This document shows positions 1 through 11,234 of a DNA stretch of 64,000 nt, in pieces; position 1 is the stretch's first letter, and every line of letters begins with the position of its first letter. The position numbers and the translations under genes were made by a program. This DNA is from Cyanidioschyzon merolae (taxonomy: Eukaryota): NCBI GenBank assembly GCA_000091205.1, contig AP006483.2. One strand, given 5' to 3'. A model generated the notes under the pieces. It worked only from the letters and a program-made list of their open reading frames with translations. It was not told the origin of the DNA and did not search any database.

Positions 1-169
1 ACTGCGTCCAAGTGTTAACAGGAAACAATTTCGAGCCTAAGAAGCGAAGCCGGCTGACCCAAATTGTTTGGGCATTCACGCGGAAATCGTCCCATGTGAA
101 GATCTCGAAACTGCTTGTTCTGGTTCTCATTGTAGACGTCAAGAAGCGCAAACCTCCTGGTGTTTTCTG

Positions 170-1573
170 TTAGGCCGTTCCAAGCCCTGGTTCGGTTAGC
201 ACATCTGCATGATCATTCGGCGAGACCGAATCAGCACACTCGCAGTTCTTTTGTGCACAGGTCTTCTTTTCATAAGGTTTGCGCCGCTTCTGAGCCGCTG
301 CGACTGCATCGGCGCCGCAGGTTGAGGCTATGAGCAAGGGCGCGAGGTTCGGACGCATGCGACCGCCCGCAGATTGGCGCATTCGCGCGCGGAGAATGTT
401 CCGAAACTTGTCTTTGAGATTCATTGGCGTGCGTTTCGGATGGAAGCCCTCCATCTTATTGAGGATTGTCTTCCAGTTCCCGATGCCATAGAGCGCGACG
501 CCTTCGAGAAGGAGCCGCTCCTCTTCCTCGGTAAACCGCAGATACGCCATCCGTTCTTCTTTCTTTTTCTTGGGCTTTTTCATCCGCTGGTCAGCATGCG
601 TTAACGTTGCGTCGCTCCCCGAAGATGGCATGTCGGTGACATTTCCAGGTGGCGATGCAGCCGCGGCGGACGGAACTGCTAATGCTGGAACACCGTCCGG
701 GCGTGCTGCCTGTCCGGCCATATGAGCAGCTCCCATAGGCCAGTACGCTGGATGCGGCACTGTCGGACAGGCCTGGACCTGTGGTGGCCATGATTGAGGA
801 CTTGCATACCAGATCGGCCAGCTCATTTTCGAGCCAGACCCGACAACGCTAGTTGGGACGGCCCCAGTCGGAGGCAGGCACCGCGCCTCGTCGTTCCAGG
901 ACGACTTGGTTGTGGACCAGCCCTTGACATTCCGCTCAGTATTTTGGGCGAATTGCACCGTCTGCCAACAGTTTCTGTCCAGCAACACGGGTGCCGAGTA
1001 GGAGGGGTTGGCGTAAACCACCGGCGCTCGGCAACTCGGTTGTAGTTTCGGTCGCATGTAGGCAGCATCCACGGGCTCAGCGCCCGCTAGATAGTGCCCG
1101 GCGTAGTTCCAGTATACTGGGAGCCTCGATTCGATCCAGTTCGAGCGCATAGCGTGCCTCTGTACGGCAGGATGGTCCAGGTCCCAGTACAGCGAGCCCT
1201 GTGTTGCTGAATTACTCGCAGTGTTTGCTAGAGCGTCGGGCCCAGTCCACCCGCCGCTCCGCTGCGGTGAGGCTGGGTCGTTCCCCGCCACCCACGTTCG
1301 CTGCGTCAGCGTCTTTGCGTCCGAATCGTGCGACCTCGAACCCGCACGCAGTCCGTACGCACCGAGTCGCCCACAGGGCTTCGGTATAGTAGGCTGCGCT
1401 GGAGCGTCTCCAGGCGTTGACGAGGCCAACACGTCTGCAGCTCGAGAACCGCAGTGCGCAGCAGAGCACCACTCCGCCTCCATGTTCAAGTGGTGTCCAG
1501 ACTCGTATAAAAAACAAACGTAGCTGACGTTCTGACGTCCACGCAGCGCCCCAACGAGAACAGGGCACGACAC
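170..1573 (-). CDS. Myb/SANT (telobox-like) DNA-binding protein. A single C-terminal Myb domain follows a basic KKPKKKKEER run.
   Basis: The C-terminal region (~nt 380-560) reads MAYLRFTEEEERLLLEGVALYGIGNWKTILNKMEGFHPKRTPMNLKDKFRNILRAR. This is a typical single-repeat Myb with a telobox-like LKDKFRN motif, preceded by an NLS-like lysine run. The N-terminal half is low complexity, so the true start is uncertain. Confidence 0.55.
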   Translation of the reverse strand: MSCPVLVGALRGRQNVSYVCFLYESGHHLNMEAEWCSAAHCGSRAADVLASSTPGDAPAQPTIPKPCGRLGAYGLRAGSRSHDSDAKTLTQRTWVAGNDPASPQRSGGWTGPDALANTASNSATQGSLYWDLDHPAVQRHAMRSNWIESRLPVYWNYAGHYLAGAEPVDAAYMRPKLQPSCRAPVVYANPSYSAPVLLDRNCWQTVQFAQNTERNVKGWSTTKSSWNDEARCLPPTGAVPTSVVGSGSKMSWPIWYASPQSWPPQVQACPTVPHPAYWPMGAAHMAGQAARPDGVPALAVPSAAAASPPGNVTDMPSSGSDATLTHADQRMKKPKKKKEERMAYLRFTEEEERLLLEGVALYGIGNWKTILNKMEGFHPKRTPMNLKDKFRNILRARMRQSAGGRMRPNLAPLLIASTCGADAVAAAQKRRKPYEKKTCAQKNCECADSVSPNDHADVLTEPGLGTA

Positions 1574-1727
1574 ACCACCCGTCAGCCAACTGAACGCACG
1601 CGCAGAAAAGACCTCCAGGGCGAATGCACGACTCTAGAGGCACATGCGCCGCAGCGGCTGTCACTCGACGATGCCATGCCCCGAACCGCCGCCATCACCT
1701 GCCTTGCCTGCGCCAGGGTATCGCCAG

Positions 1728-1979
1728 CGTCGCCGCCGCCAACGCCATCGCTGCAGGCAGCCGCAAGGCATTGAGATTGTGATCGTTTCCTGGAGCGCGC
1801 CTGCGTTGCTGCAGTGCAGATATTTCTGATGCGCCGCCGCCGCCGCCAACGCCATCGCTGCAGGCAGCCGCAAGGCATTGAGATTGTGATCGTTTCCTGG
1901 AGCGCGCCTGCGTTGCTGCAGTGCAGATATTTCTGATGCGTCGTCGCCGCCGCCAACGCCATCGCTGCAGGCAGCCGCC
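1728..1979. repeat. Tandem minisatellite, ~106-bp unit x ~2.4 copies, upstream of the Myb gene.
   Basis: The unit cgccgccgccaacgccatcgctgcaggcagccgcaaggcattgagattgtgatcgtttcctggagcgcgcctgcgttgctgcagtgcagatatttctgatgcg is repeated head-to-tail at 1728, 1833 and (partial) 1941. It lies 155-400 bp upstream of the minus-strand start codon at 1573. Confidence 0.85.
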
Positions 1980-2014
1980 AATCCGCCTTCAATCGATTTT
2001 TCGTTGGATATAAG

Positions 2015-2450
2015 GTTTCCATCGTGGACCACGGATGCCGGATGGCGAGTTGACTACGGGCATTCGCGAAAGCGTCCATGATTCTTTACTCTGCGTCCAT
2101 TTTCCATGATCCGTACTTCCTCCTGAGTGTACGAATCGTTTTGGTGATTCCATCGTGCGCTGAGCGTCTGCTCTGCTGCACCCGCAATGGCGCCTATATC
2201 CTAGTGCGGATACAGCTCGAAGACAGGACGAGATGGTCATATGAATGAGGGCGCCAGCTCGAGGCATGATTCATTCAATACGGGATCGGAATTCACCATC
2301 TTTCTGGGAGCCTGCGTACTGCGCAGACAGACCAAGTGCGTGCGGCAGTGCGAAGCGATACGCTAGGAGCAAACGCTACCAGCGCGACACCGAAATGCAC
2401 TCCAGCCACTCCTAGTCGCAGAACAAAATGCGCTATGAACAAACTGTTCA
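2015..2450. repeat. Dispersed ~430-bp repeat, copy 1. Its homolog is at 16393-16830.
   Basis: Long stretches align with 16393-16830, for example ...ctgctgcacccgcaa...tcatatgaatgagggcg...catctttctgggagcctgcgtactgcgcagacag...ctaggag.... The copies are roughly 70-75% identical with small indels. Confidence 0.7.
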
Positions 2451-3528
2451 GATGTTGCAACAGGACCGGGTACTACGGGATACCTTGCTTCAGTTTTAAG
2501 CGCCCGGTGCCGTACTTGGCGATTATGAGCGTCTTCCAGGCGATCTCGCCGACAAGTACACTGTGCGCTGTACACGCAAGATCACGCTGTTCCATGCGAT
2601 AGCGCTGCTGTGGAACGCGATGTCGTCGATGATGAAACATCTACCAGAATGAGAATCCAGATCAGAAAAGCATTCGAGAGATTTTTGGCTGAGTGTATGT
2701 TCCATTCGTGCGAAGCGGTGACGCTCTCTCTATAAGAAGCGATCACTGCACCGACTCCAGTCTGAATGCAAGACCCTCTCCCTTGCAATCGGAAAGACGG
2801 GGAATGCCCTGCCATTCAATGATGCTGCTGGTGCTGCTCCTATTGAATGCCGCTCCGTCGATGGTTTTACAAAGACACACGAGGATTCGGCTGCGGAACG
2901 GGTTGATTATTCGGCGCAACAAGTTTCATAAACTACCGGCATACGCTAATGAAAAAGCCTTCAAGGCATGATGAAAATTTTCTACTCGTATATCCAGCAG
3001 AACGTATCGTGGCGCCCACGAGTTTCCTTCCAACAGAAAGATTCAAGGCTCGAAGCATGCGTGATTCGGACACGCTGACTGTAAGGAAAGGCAACGAATG
3101 GAGGCCTGTACTTATACATTGGATGGTGATATCCGTCATTATATGAAACCCCTTGTTCGAGAGCGCCACGAGTCATCTTGACGCGGGTGCCGTCACGCAT
3201 TCCAACGGCAATACGTCAACGTATCCACTCCAAAAGACCACCGAGTATGCCGAGACTGCGCATAAATCCGTATGTTCTTGTTGCTGAGCTTTGAATGGCT
3301 AAATAGCGCATCTGAAAAGCGTTCTGAAAAATTCTGAAAGGCACGAACAGAGCAAGCACTTCTACATCCATTCTAACCTGACACGAGCGTAGCGCCCAGA
3401 CGCCAGCCAGCGTTGTCAAGTTCCACGATAATCCGGCTCGTTCACAGGCGTTATCGGGCGCCATCATGGGACCAAGGTGGGCCGGTCCCGTTGCGCTCTT
3501 TTCTCGACAGTGGCCCCAGCTTCGATTG

Positions 3529-3546
3529 CACACACACACACACACA
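3529..3546. repeat. (CA)9 dinucleotide microsatellite.
   Basis: The sequence reads cacacacacacacacaca. Confidence 0.9.
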
Positions 3547-4274
3547 CCATTTCGTTAGGCGTGATCATGGCCAGCAGATGCAGCTCTCGATTGTCCTTCG
3601 CTAGATCCGTAAATAGGTGTGCCTTGTGCCATGCACATGTTGAAACTGCTTCGAGCACGTTAACCTGCAAAACCAAGCTGCTGGTTTTGGTAAGTACACA
3701 AAGCGTATCTGAAAAAGGTAACCAAAATGGAACCACAGGTCTCGGTACACACACGACGATATCTCCCTGGGACGGGACCGTGTTCGTGATCCGACGCACA
3801 AGTCTTGCTTGACTACGAAATACGACGGCTGCTTTAGCCGAATCAGGGAATGCTCTAGCGTGCGACAAGTGGGACATATTGAATGCTAGTTTACGGGCGT
3901 CTGCTGCGGCCGTCGAAGTAGCCTAGGCTGTCAGTGCGGCACTGTCCTACTGGAATCGTTGTTTTCCCGCTCACAGCAACTAAACGTCATCATGCAAGGT
4001 GCAGTCCAAAATAGTCCGCCCGACTCACAGTTTCCGGACGAAGCTCATGGATTTGCAGCATCGGTACCGGAAACGAATGTCCCCAAACAAAAGCGCAGCG
4101 TTTGTGCAACCGCAACGCTCGTCGTATACCTGGGACCTCTAATTTGCTCTTGAGCAAAGGTATGCGCTCATTAGCGGCATCCCGCTCACCACGACGTCCA
4201 TGGGCCTGGCTTTCGTTCACCTCGTGCGCATGCCATTCGTAAAAGCAGCTCGGTCTGCACGTACAGTGCGATAT

Positions 4275-4299
4275 GCATCGTCGTCGTCGTCGTCGTCGT
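4275..4299. repeat. (TCG)8 trinucleotide microsatellite.
   Basis: The sequence reads catcgtcgtcgtcgtcgtcgtcgttg. Confidence 0.85.
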
Positions 4300-4878
4300 T
4301 GTCTGTGTGCTCGATACACATACCCCATAAACAGCCGAGTTGTCTCGCCGCAAAGCGATCGTGCCTGTTGCAACCGAGCGCTGCCTACGCTACGAAGCGA
4401 CCATGCACGGGCACCAGCGTTGACGGACAACTTTATAGAGTCGCGCTTTTCGTCGACCGACTCGAGTTGGATCCACTGGTCGCTGCGCGCCTCCGGATGC
4501 ATCAGGGACTGCGAAGCGAGCAAGTCTCACGCCGCATCCCGGTGTGATGGGCCAGCTGATAGAAACCGCTGCACGTCCGGACCATGGAGAAACCTCGATG
4601 TCGGAGAATTTAACTTTACGTTCTTACCATTGCCATGCAACACATTGCGACCTCTTGTGTCTCACATCTAGCGCATGCACTGCATCATGCGACGATATCA
4701 TTGGCTACCCATACGTTTCGCAGACGACAGATGTCGCTACGGTCGCGTTCCGCGCTCCATCGCCAGCATTCATTCGAATTCTCTCGTAGAGCTTCCCAGC
4801 ATTTTACACTTGACGGTCTCGATGACGACATCATTTTTGGGTTATACGGAAAGCGCGTTCGTTCGCCGAGCCCTCGCG

Positions 4879-5553
4879 CTAGCTCGCCAGACACGACGAG
4901 TTAAAGACGATCCCGACGCCGGATTCAGCGCCGAAGAACGTCGAGTACTCCGCTGTCGAGACATTGAACACGCTTGCCATCACAGATGGTGAGGTTTGTT
5001 CAAAGACGCTTGCCCGGCTCGCAAGGAAATAGACCTGTGGAAGACCGCTCAGATAGTTGGCGAGGAGCACCAACGGTGTCGATGATGTCTCCGGCCCGGT
5101 GATCATGTGCGGCCACCCGGCCGGGATTATCATGAAGCTCCCGTTGGTTATGGGCGTCTTCAGGTGGACAACAGAGCCGTTCGAGGACCAAAGGCTGAAG
5201 GTGCCCGTACCGGAAATGACGAAATAGAACTCGGGTGTATTGGTGTGAACGTGCGGCTCCAGAATCGCGCACTTCTTCAACGTGAAATACAAAGCAGCCG
5301 AGCCGACAGAGTTCAACAACGGATTCCGTGTCCCTTCATATGCCTGTACGGACCCTGCCGCAGTTGAGAGTGCAACCACACCGTCGACAAAGATATTCTC
5401 TACGTACTGAGAAGCCGGAGCTTCCAGCAGCTCTTGGATCGTACCAGCTTGTGGACGCGCGAACGCAGACTGCACGAGTGCTATGACGCACCACAAACCC
5501 CAAAACGAAAGCAAAGTTCTGCGCATCATGATTTTCGTTTTTCTTGACAACAC
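4879..5553 (-). CDS. Secreted cupin / germin-like protein.
   Basis: A hydrophobic signal peptide is present (MMRRTLLSFWGLWCVIALVQSAFA). Cupin motif 1 reads LEPHVHTNTPEFYFVISGTG, matching G(x)5HxH(x)3-4E(x)6G. Cupin motif 2 reads GSFMIIPAGWPHMITG, matching G(x)5PxG(x)2H. Several N-x-S/T sites are present. Confidence 0.6.
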   Translation of the reverse strand: MLSRKTKIMMRRTLLSFWGLWCVIALVQSAFARPQAGTIQELLEAPASQYVENIFVDGVVALSTAAGSVQAYEGTRNPLLNSVGSAALYFTLKKCAILEPHVHTNTPEFYFVISGTGTFSLWSSNGSVVHLKTPITNGSFMIIPAGWPHMITGPETSSTPLVLLANYLSGLPQVYFLASRASVFEQTSPSVMASVFNVSTAEYSTFFGAESGVGIVFNSSCLAS

Positions 5554-5619
5554 AAATATCCGTTCGTGAATGAATTAGGGAAAAGCGTTTCGCGGTATCA
5601 TAGCGGGAGATGCTACCGC

Positions 5620-6330
5620 TCACTCAAGAACAGTGCCCCAGCGCATCCCAAATTAGATCCTCCGCTTGGTGCACCGACACCGCACACGCCGCGTTGGAGG
5701 GTAATCGCAGGCGGCACTGTTCATTGTTGTTCAACTTAATTGTGTTCCGCCCCCAGGTGATTGATATCAAATGGCATTTCGCGGCGCATAGCGGATGCGC
5801 TCATCCTTCGCTCATTCTCAAACCAACGAATTCCAAGCTACAGGTACAGACATGGACGTCAGAGATCCCGCGGAGCCGTCATCGCCGCGTGCCAGAGAAA
5901 TCCGTGCAAAATACGCTTTTCATCGACTATCGAGCGTCGAAGAGGAAGAAGAACAAGAAGAGGTGAGGTAGGCGAGAAAAGATGCTTGCCCGACGGGACG
6001 ATAACGAGACTGTATCGGCCCAGAGGGCACGTGTTCGAGGACTTGTCGCGTCGGTGAGTTCAGGCAGCGGCAATGCACGCAATGAGTTCGTGAACCGGGA
6101 CTTTAGCGCCGCTATGCAGAGTAGACGATTTGCGGTGCTGAAGATGAGATTCGAGGAGCTGACGCCATCGAACTTTATGGGGCAGCCTCTCTGGCTCGAA
6201 GTGTGCCTGGATAAAAAGCCAAGCCGATAGCTAGCGGCCGGTCGAAAAATGCCAGGAGGCGTCTTTGAGCGGGAGTGCACATACACTCTATGGTTGAGGG
6301 ACATTTTTTTGCTTCATTGACATGTGGAGC
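5620..6330 (+). mobile_element. Tc1/mariner-superfamily transposon fossil, copy A, 3' portion. It is truncated near the cupin promoter.
   Basis: The nucleotide sequence aligns with 27060-27600 and 13085-13495. Shared ORF-level similarity is ARVRGLVASVSSGSGNARNEFVNRDF versus ARVRGILASVTSTSGKQRMEFVYRDV. The 5' part keeps a degenerate ...CTDTAHAA... (HDNAPSHTA-like) block. The shared 3' end reads ctctat...ttcattgacatg. Confidence 0.6.
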
Positions 6331-6789
6331 AATCGTGTTCACATGACCGGTGATTCGCTGCAGACGGGTTCAGGAAACGACGGGGCAGCAGGAGAAATGC
6401 ATCGCCAATCGGATGCGGTGGATCGCGGCACCCTTCTGGTTGACAGACCGTTTACGGAAATCAGGGATGCCCTGTTGTACACCATGGGTAAACGCAGTGC
6501 CGTGATCGGTGGAACACCTGTGCGAGGACGCATTTTTGCTATTTATGGATGGCTTTTTTTGCGGATAGTCAATAAAAGGAAGGTATTCTATTGGTTGGAA
6601 AAAGTTCGCTGAAAGACTTGATGCCGTCACTGCGAGTCTGCAAAAAAAGGTCTTTTTTGTCCAAGTCAGTTCTTCTACGCTCAGCAAGCGGATGAAGCGC
6701 ATTTCTCGTTGTCCATATTGTAAAGGCCATGCACCCTAGACGGAAGTTGTTAAACCGCATCAATACGACTGTCTTCGGGTATATGCATT

Positions 6790-7122
6790 CTACTCCATAG
6801 ATTGTTTGACGAATGCTGATACAGAAGCCAAAGATTCTGAACTTTCCGAAACAATGACACGAATGGTGAAGAAGAAACGGGCGCGGAGAAAGAAAAAAGC
6901 GCGCTTCTCTGGGAGATCGTCGGGCGTTGAATGATACACGGCAGGTTCTATCATGTAACGTGACCGCCTATAGCAGGAGCGACGCGTATTCGTCTCGTTC
7001 GATGGGACATCATTCGGGAGAAATCGCAGTCTTCTATGTAGATGCTTAAAGAGAGGCAATCTGCTGCTCGCTAATATGAGAGAAGCGAGCGTGACGAAAC
7101 CATGACCCCGAACGGCAATCAT
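6790..7122 (-). mobile_element. Inverted fragment of Tc1/mariner-like transposase, covering the region around the first catalytic Asp.
   Basis: The fragment translates to ...DVPSNETNTRRSCYRRSRYMIEP...DDLPEKRAFFFL. The mariner equivalent is HELNERQ...R..C..LL.R...GDEKWIFF. It is homologous to 46899-47237 (EAPLNETNTGSSCDKRSRFS...DGLPEKRIFFFI). Confidence 0.55.
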
Positions 7123-9860
7123 ACCGAGTGGGCGCCCAGCATTCTCTCAACGGACAGAGTTGTTGAACGCCTCCGGCTTTGTTGAAGCGCTCTTCATGGC
7201 ATCTCCTTCCAGCACTCTAAAGTCCTGCTATAAAAGAAAACCACATTCCATCAAGAAGAAACGGTGAAAGCGTATGCAGCTGAAACTGGCTTTGATCTGC
7301 TCTTCGTGTCAGCGTATTAGACTTGCTTCCGTCTAGTCAAAGACGTCTCCTCTGTTGCCAAACGCCATTTCTATGTCCAGCGCACGATAGACGGCTCGTT
7401 CGCATCCGTGACACCAAAGTTCTGTGGCAAGTCGCTCGCTGTTACCTTCACCAGTCCTGAACTACTGTATTGCCCCCGAGCCCGTACACGACATCGAGCG
7501 TAGAGGTGCGCTTCGGTCTGTGCGCGTGATCGCGACGCAGAACGGAACAAAAAACCCTGCTGGAATACGCAGTGCATTCGTAGAGGAGGCGCGCTTCAGT
7601 GCAATCGATCATCCAGATCGTCTGAGAATCTAAGAATCAAAGAGATGCGGAGTGTAGCGATCACAAGCGTGACATCCCACCATGTAAAGAACACAGCGAC
7701 AAACGAGATGAGGTAGAAACCATCCGACAAAGGAGAGGCAGATCCCGCAGAAAAACAACGAGGACGAGGAGGGACAGCGATGAAAACCTGTCGGAGCAAA
7801 ATAGTCAGTTTGAAACCACTGTCAAGGTTTCGCTCCGAAAAATGCAGCGTGGGGATTCTGCAAAACAAACCGAGATGCAGAGCGCCATGATGGATAGTAT
7901 ATAGCTTCGTACTCGATCAAGGCTCGCCTAGCTTGCCTCACCATGAAGCGTCATCTCGAGGAACGATTTCTAGACGTTCCGGATGCAGGGCTCCCATCTG
8001 TCCATATTCCCCTGGAAGTTCTCGATCAGACCTTCGTGCGCTAACACAACTGGTGCTCGGCACAGAAGCGGCAGTACGGCCGGGATCGGAGGATCAGCGA
8101 TTTCGGCACGCGCTTCTCAGAATACCATGACGAGTTGCCATGCCGTATCGGCGATGGGCACAATCCACTGCGCAGTTGCCGAAAATCATCAAAGCAATCT
8201 CGAAAACCGTATGCGAGATAATCAAGAGGGTTTCATAGAAAGCACGCAGTGGGCGTTGCAGCCTCACCAGACTGACCCAAACATGAGGAACTTCATGAAA
8301 GCGGCTCTCCAGTTCGGAGATTACACGGGCGTCAGAATGGCTCACGCGAAGGAGCTTTGGCGGCAGTGCATGATACTGCGCTTTGGATCACCATCGGTTT
8401 CGGTTGTGCGGAGGCAAGAAGCTTGGATTCGCCAATTTGTTCAGCGAGCTGGAAAAGGAAACGATCGAGAAAACACGGCGCGAGCTCGTGGTAGCCTATG
8501 GAGCTGGACCTGCGGTACCAGGCGCGCGCCGCACCCCTGGCCCTTCGACGACAGCAAGCAGCAAGTGCAGGCATCGATTGTAACCGATTCTCATCCTTGG
8601 ATTCAGAAGGATCGAACCGCATCACGAGCACGGTCACACGCTGGAACAGGTAGAGAAAATGAACATGAAACGGATCCAGATGCACGAAACGGTAAACACT
8701 AAGATGGCTGAATATCGATTGGTGAGGCAATCGAGATTTCCTGGCTTCGTATGGTGTGATTCCACCAGCAGCGGAGCGCGCGAGCTCGCCATGCACAACC
8801 TCGTGAACGCCTCGATCCACGTCCGGAAATGTCGTGTGTTTCCGGAGCGCCCAGCAGCATTGCATCGAGCGAACTTTCAAGGAAATCACTGAGTATTCAG
8901 TGTGGACGTAATGCTGAACCGCTGAAGAGTCTCGATGAAAAACCAGCGGCCGTCAGAGGTGCATTGGATGCGCATCTAGAGCAATGCAATGGACTGGTAC
9001 GCGTTCGTAATGCAGAAAGGAATGGATTCCCGATATATACAACGAGAAAGGTTCTCTCGGACAATTGGTGATCGCTCACGGTAGTCCATTACTCGAAATT
9101 CCTCTGTGGCTGCTTTCATTGTCTGCAGAGAGGGATCGCATCGCACGTAAGATCAAGAAATTATAGACGAAGCATCCGGGGCCTACTGCCAGCGAATCTT
9201 CATATTCAAATGAAAGTCCATGGAATGGTGGCAGCGGCACTGGCGGTGTTAGATTTATGGAGACTGGAGGACATAAGGCGCAACCATGAAGGCTCCCTCG
9301 GATGTCGATACCAGTCGCGCCGTTCGGGATATCTCGCTCGTGTCCACAAAATCCAACACAGCCTAAAAACCCAGAGCGGGATGCGGCTACGAATATCTCA
9401 CGATAAACGGATGCTGGACGATGAGCCCTGAAGCACCCGACGTGTCTAGATGAGCAGCTAGTTTCTGGAATAGCCCGCTGCCAATCAACGGCGCTATCCA
9501 CATACCTGTGGCCCTGCGAGATGGAGCACCTGGAACGCAGCTCGTTCCTGGAAGTGCCTTGCAACCTTAAAAGTGTACATCCTTGGGCCCTTATCGCAGA
9601 CAAGAGGTAGTTCTTTCGTGGCGACTCGCCTCAAGCGAATGCATATGCCGTAGGTTACTTTATAATCGGGGGTGTTTCTAGAACGGGTATCTCTTGCTGG
9701 GTCGTATGCTTTTTCTGAGCGGAAGCGCACGAGCGAACGTTTCAGGTCGCTGAGGCCTTGGACGCCTCCCGCTGCGACGATAAACGACGCGCGTGACTTG
9801 GCCACAGTCGTTCTGCGCACCCGCACCCAGCTGTTCGCACAAAGCAGCACTGGTGCGGTC

Positions 9861-11189
9861 TCAACGACGACGAGACTCGGAGCGTTTTCCCGCTGTTACA
9901 TGCGAAAGCGCTTCAGCATTACTATCGAGCTTGCTTAGTATCGAGGCAGCAACAGCGTCAATGCGTGCGAGAATTTCAGTTTTCAAGGCTTGCAGGTCTG
10001 CCGGTGTTACCGCCGCAACCGACACGGGCGCAGACTTTGGCACCGGGCGTGAGCTCCGACCAGCACCAGCACCAGCACCAGAACCGGGCGCACCACTCAC
10101 TTCCTCGCCAGCGACCAGTCCGGTATGCACCTGTCTTCGTCGACCGGCTGCACCGCTTGGAGCAGCCCCCGTTGGATGAGAGGTTGCGCTCTGGGTGGTC
10201 TGGGCTTCGCCACTGGCCTGGAGTGGTCCGGCACCAGCAATCGTACCCGCTGCTGTCTGATGTTTCCCGTCGGTGCCCGTTCGCCCATGCGCAGGCCCGT
10301 TCGGTTTCGGAACACCGACACGAGCTGGTCGCCAGCGTGTGCCGCCACGCTCGAGGTTGAGCATCTCACTGGACTGCGTCTCTGGGAAAAACACCTCATA
10401 GAGTCCAGTGCCCTCATCCATACGCAGAATCGTGCACCCCATCCAGGCACGCAGTGGCGCGTAGAAGACCTCGATATCCGTATTCGGGTGTAGGTGTGGT
10501 CGAAGAAGACGTTCGCGCTGCTGAATATGAACTTCAAGTTCTTTTAGCCTCGCGTCCGCAGCGGCAGCTTGCTCCTCGTAGGCAGCAACTTCGGCGCGAT
10601 ATTCCAGCGCCCTCTCCTCGGCTGCCTCTAGAAGAAGCTCGGCGTGCTGACACACCCAGTTCTCCGCTGGATCCTGGTTGTACGCTAGTGTGTTGTCACG
10701 CATGAGACGCACGTCGGCGAGGAAGGCATCCAAACTCGCGTACATGTTTTTGCGAGCCCGTTCCCGGAAGTGGTTCAGAAAAACAGGCTGTTTGATCCTC
10801 CGCCGATAGTCATTGGTGGGCGGAATCCGCGTAAAGTCCACCCCGGTATTCGCCGGACGCGACAAGAGCGTCGCATTCGGCGGCCTCTGCTCCACCGGAA
10901 GTGACCGCGGCACGCGTCGAATGACCAAGCGCACTGGGTCATTGAGCTTCGCCGTGGCCTCTTGGTCGATGTACGCCAGCTCCTCGTTCCGAAGGGCTTC
11001 CTCGATGGCCAGTATCACCCGATTAATACGCTCGCGAGCTTCATCTCGTCGTTTCCGTTGTGCAGCTACCTCTTCGGCCTCAAGCGCCGTTATTTTCGTG
11101 AGCAAGTCGAGGTACTCTTCGTCGAGCCGTTTCCGTTTTTCAACAAAGTCCTCCAGCTTGGTCGTTGGCGTCACCTCGGCAAGTACCAT
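9861..11189 (-). CDS. Bromodomain-containing coiled-coil protein.
   Basis: The bromodomain reads DFTRIPPTNDYRRRIKQPVFLNHFRERARKNMYASLDAFLADVRLMRDNTLAYNQDPAENWVCQHAELL. It fits the consensus F..P...DYY..IK.P.dL.tI..k...Y.....F..D..Lm..N...YN. Charged coiled-coil segments lie on both sides and the C-terminal third is low complexity (A/G/S/T-rich). Confidence 0.5.
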   Translation of the reverse strand: MVLAEVTPTTKLEDFVEKRKRLDEEYLDLLTKITALEAEEVAAQRKRRDEARERINRVILAIEEALRNEELAYIDQEATAKLNDPVRLVIRRVPRSLPVEQRPPNATLLSRPANTGVDFTRIPPTNDYRRRIKQPVFLNHFRERARKNMYASLDAFLADVRLMRDNTLAYNQDPAENWVCQHAELLLEAAEERALEYRAEVAAYEEQAAAADARLKELEVHIQQRERLLRPHLHPNTDIEVFYAPLRAWMGCTILRMDEGTGLYEVFFPETQSSEMLNLERGGTRWRPARVGVPKPNGPAHGRTGTDGKHQTAAGTIAGAGPLQASGEAQTTQSATSHPTGAAPSGAAGRRRQVHTGLVAGEEVSGAPGSGAGAGAGRSSRPVPKSAPVSVAAVTPADLQALKTEILARIDAVAASILSKLDSNAEALSHVTAGKRSESRRR

Positions 11190-11234
11190 CTTGCCCCAGT
11201 GGAAGATACACTCTGCCGTCTAGCGCTCTAGGCC

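Noticed and set aside
7983-8702. A 239-aa plus-strand ORF in the gap between the cupin and bromodomain genes.
   Set aside because: There are no motifs and the composition looks like a random GC-rich frame (many R/S/G/A). It is overlapped by an equally long antisense ORF (8332..8889). Not supported as a gene.
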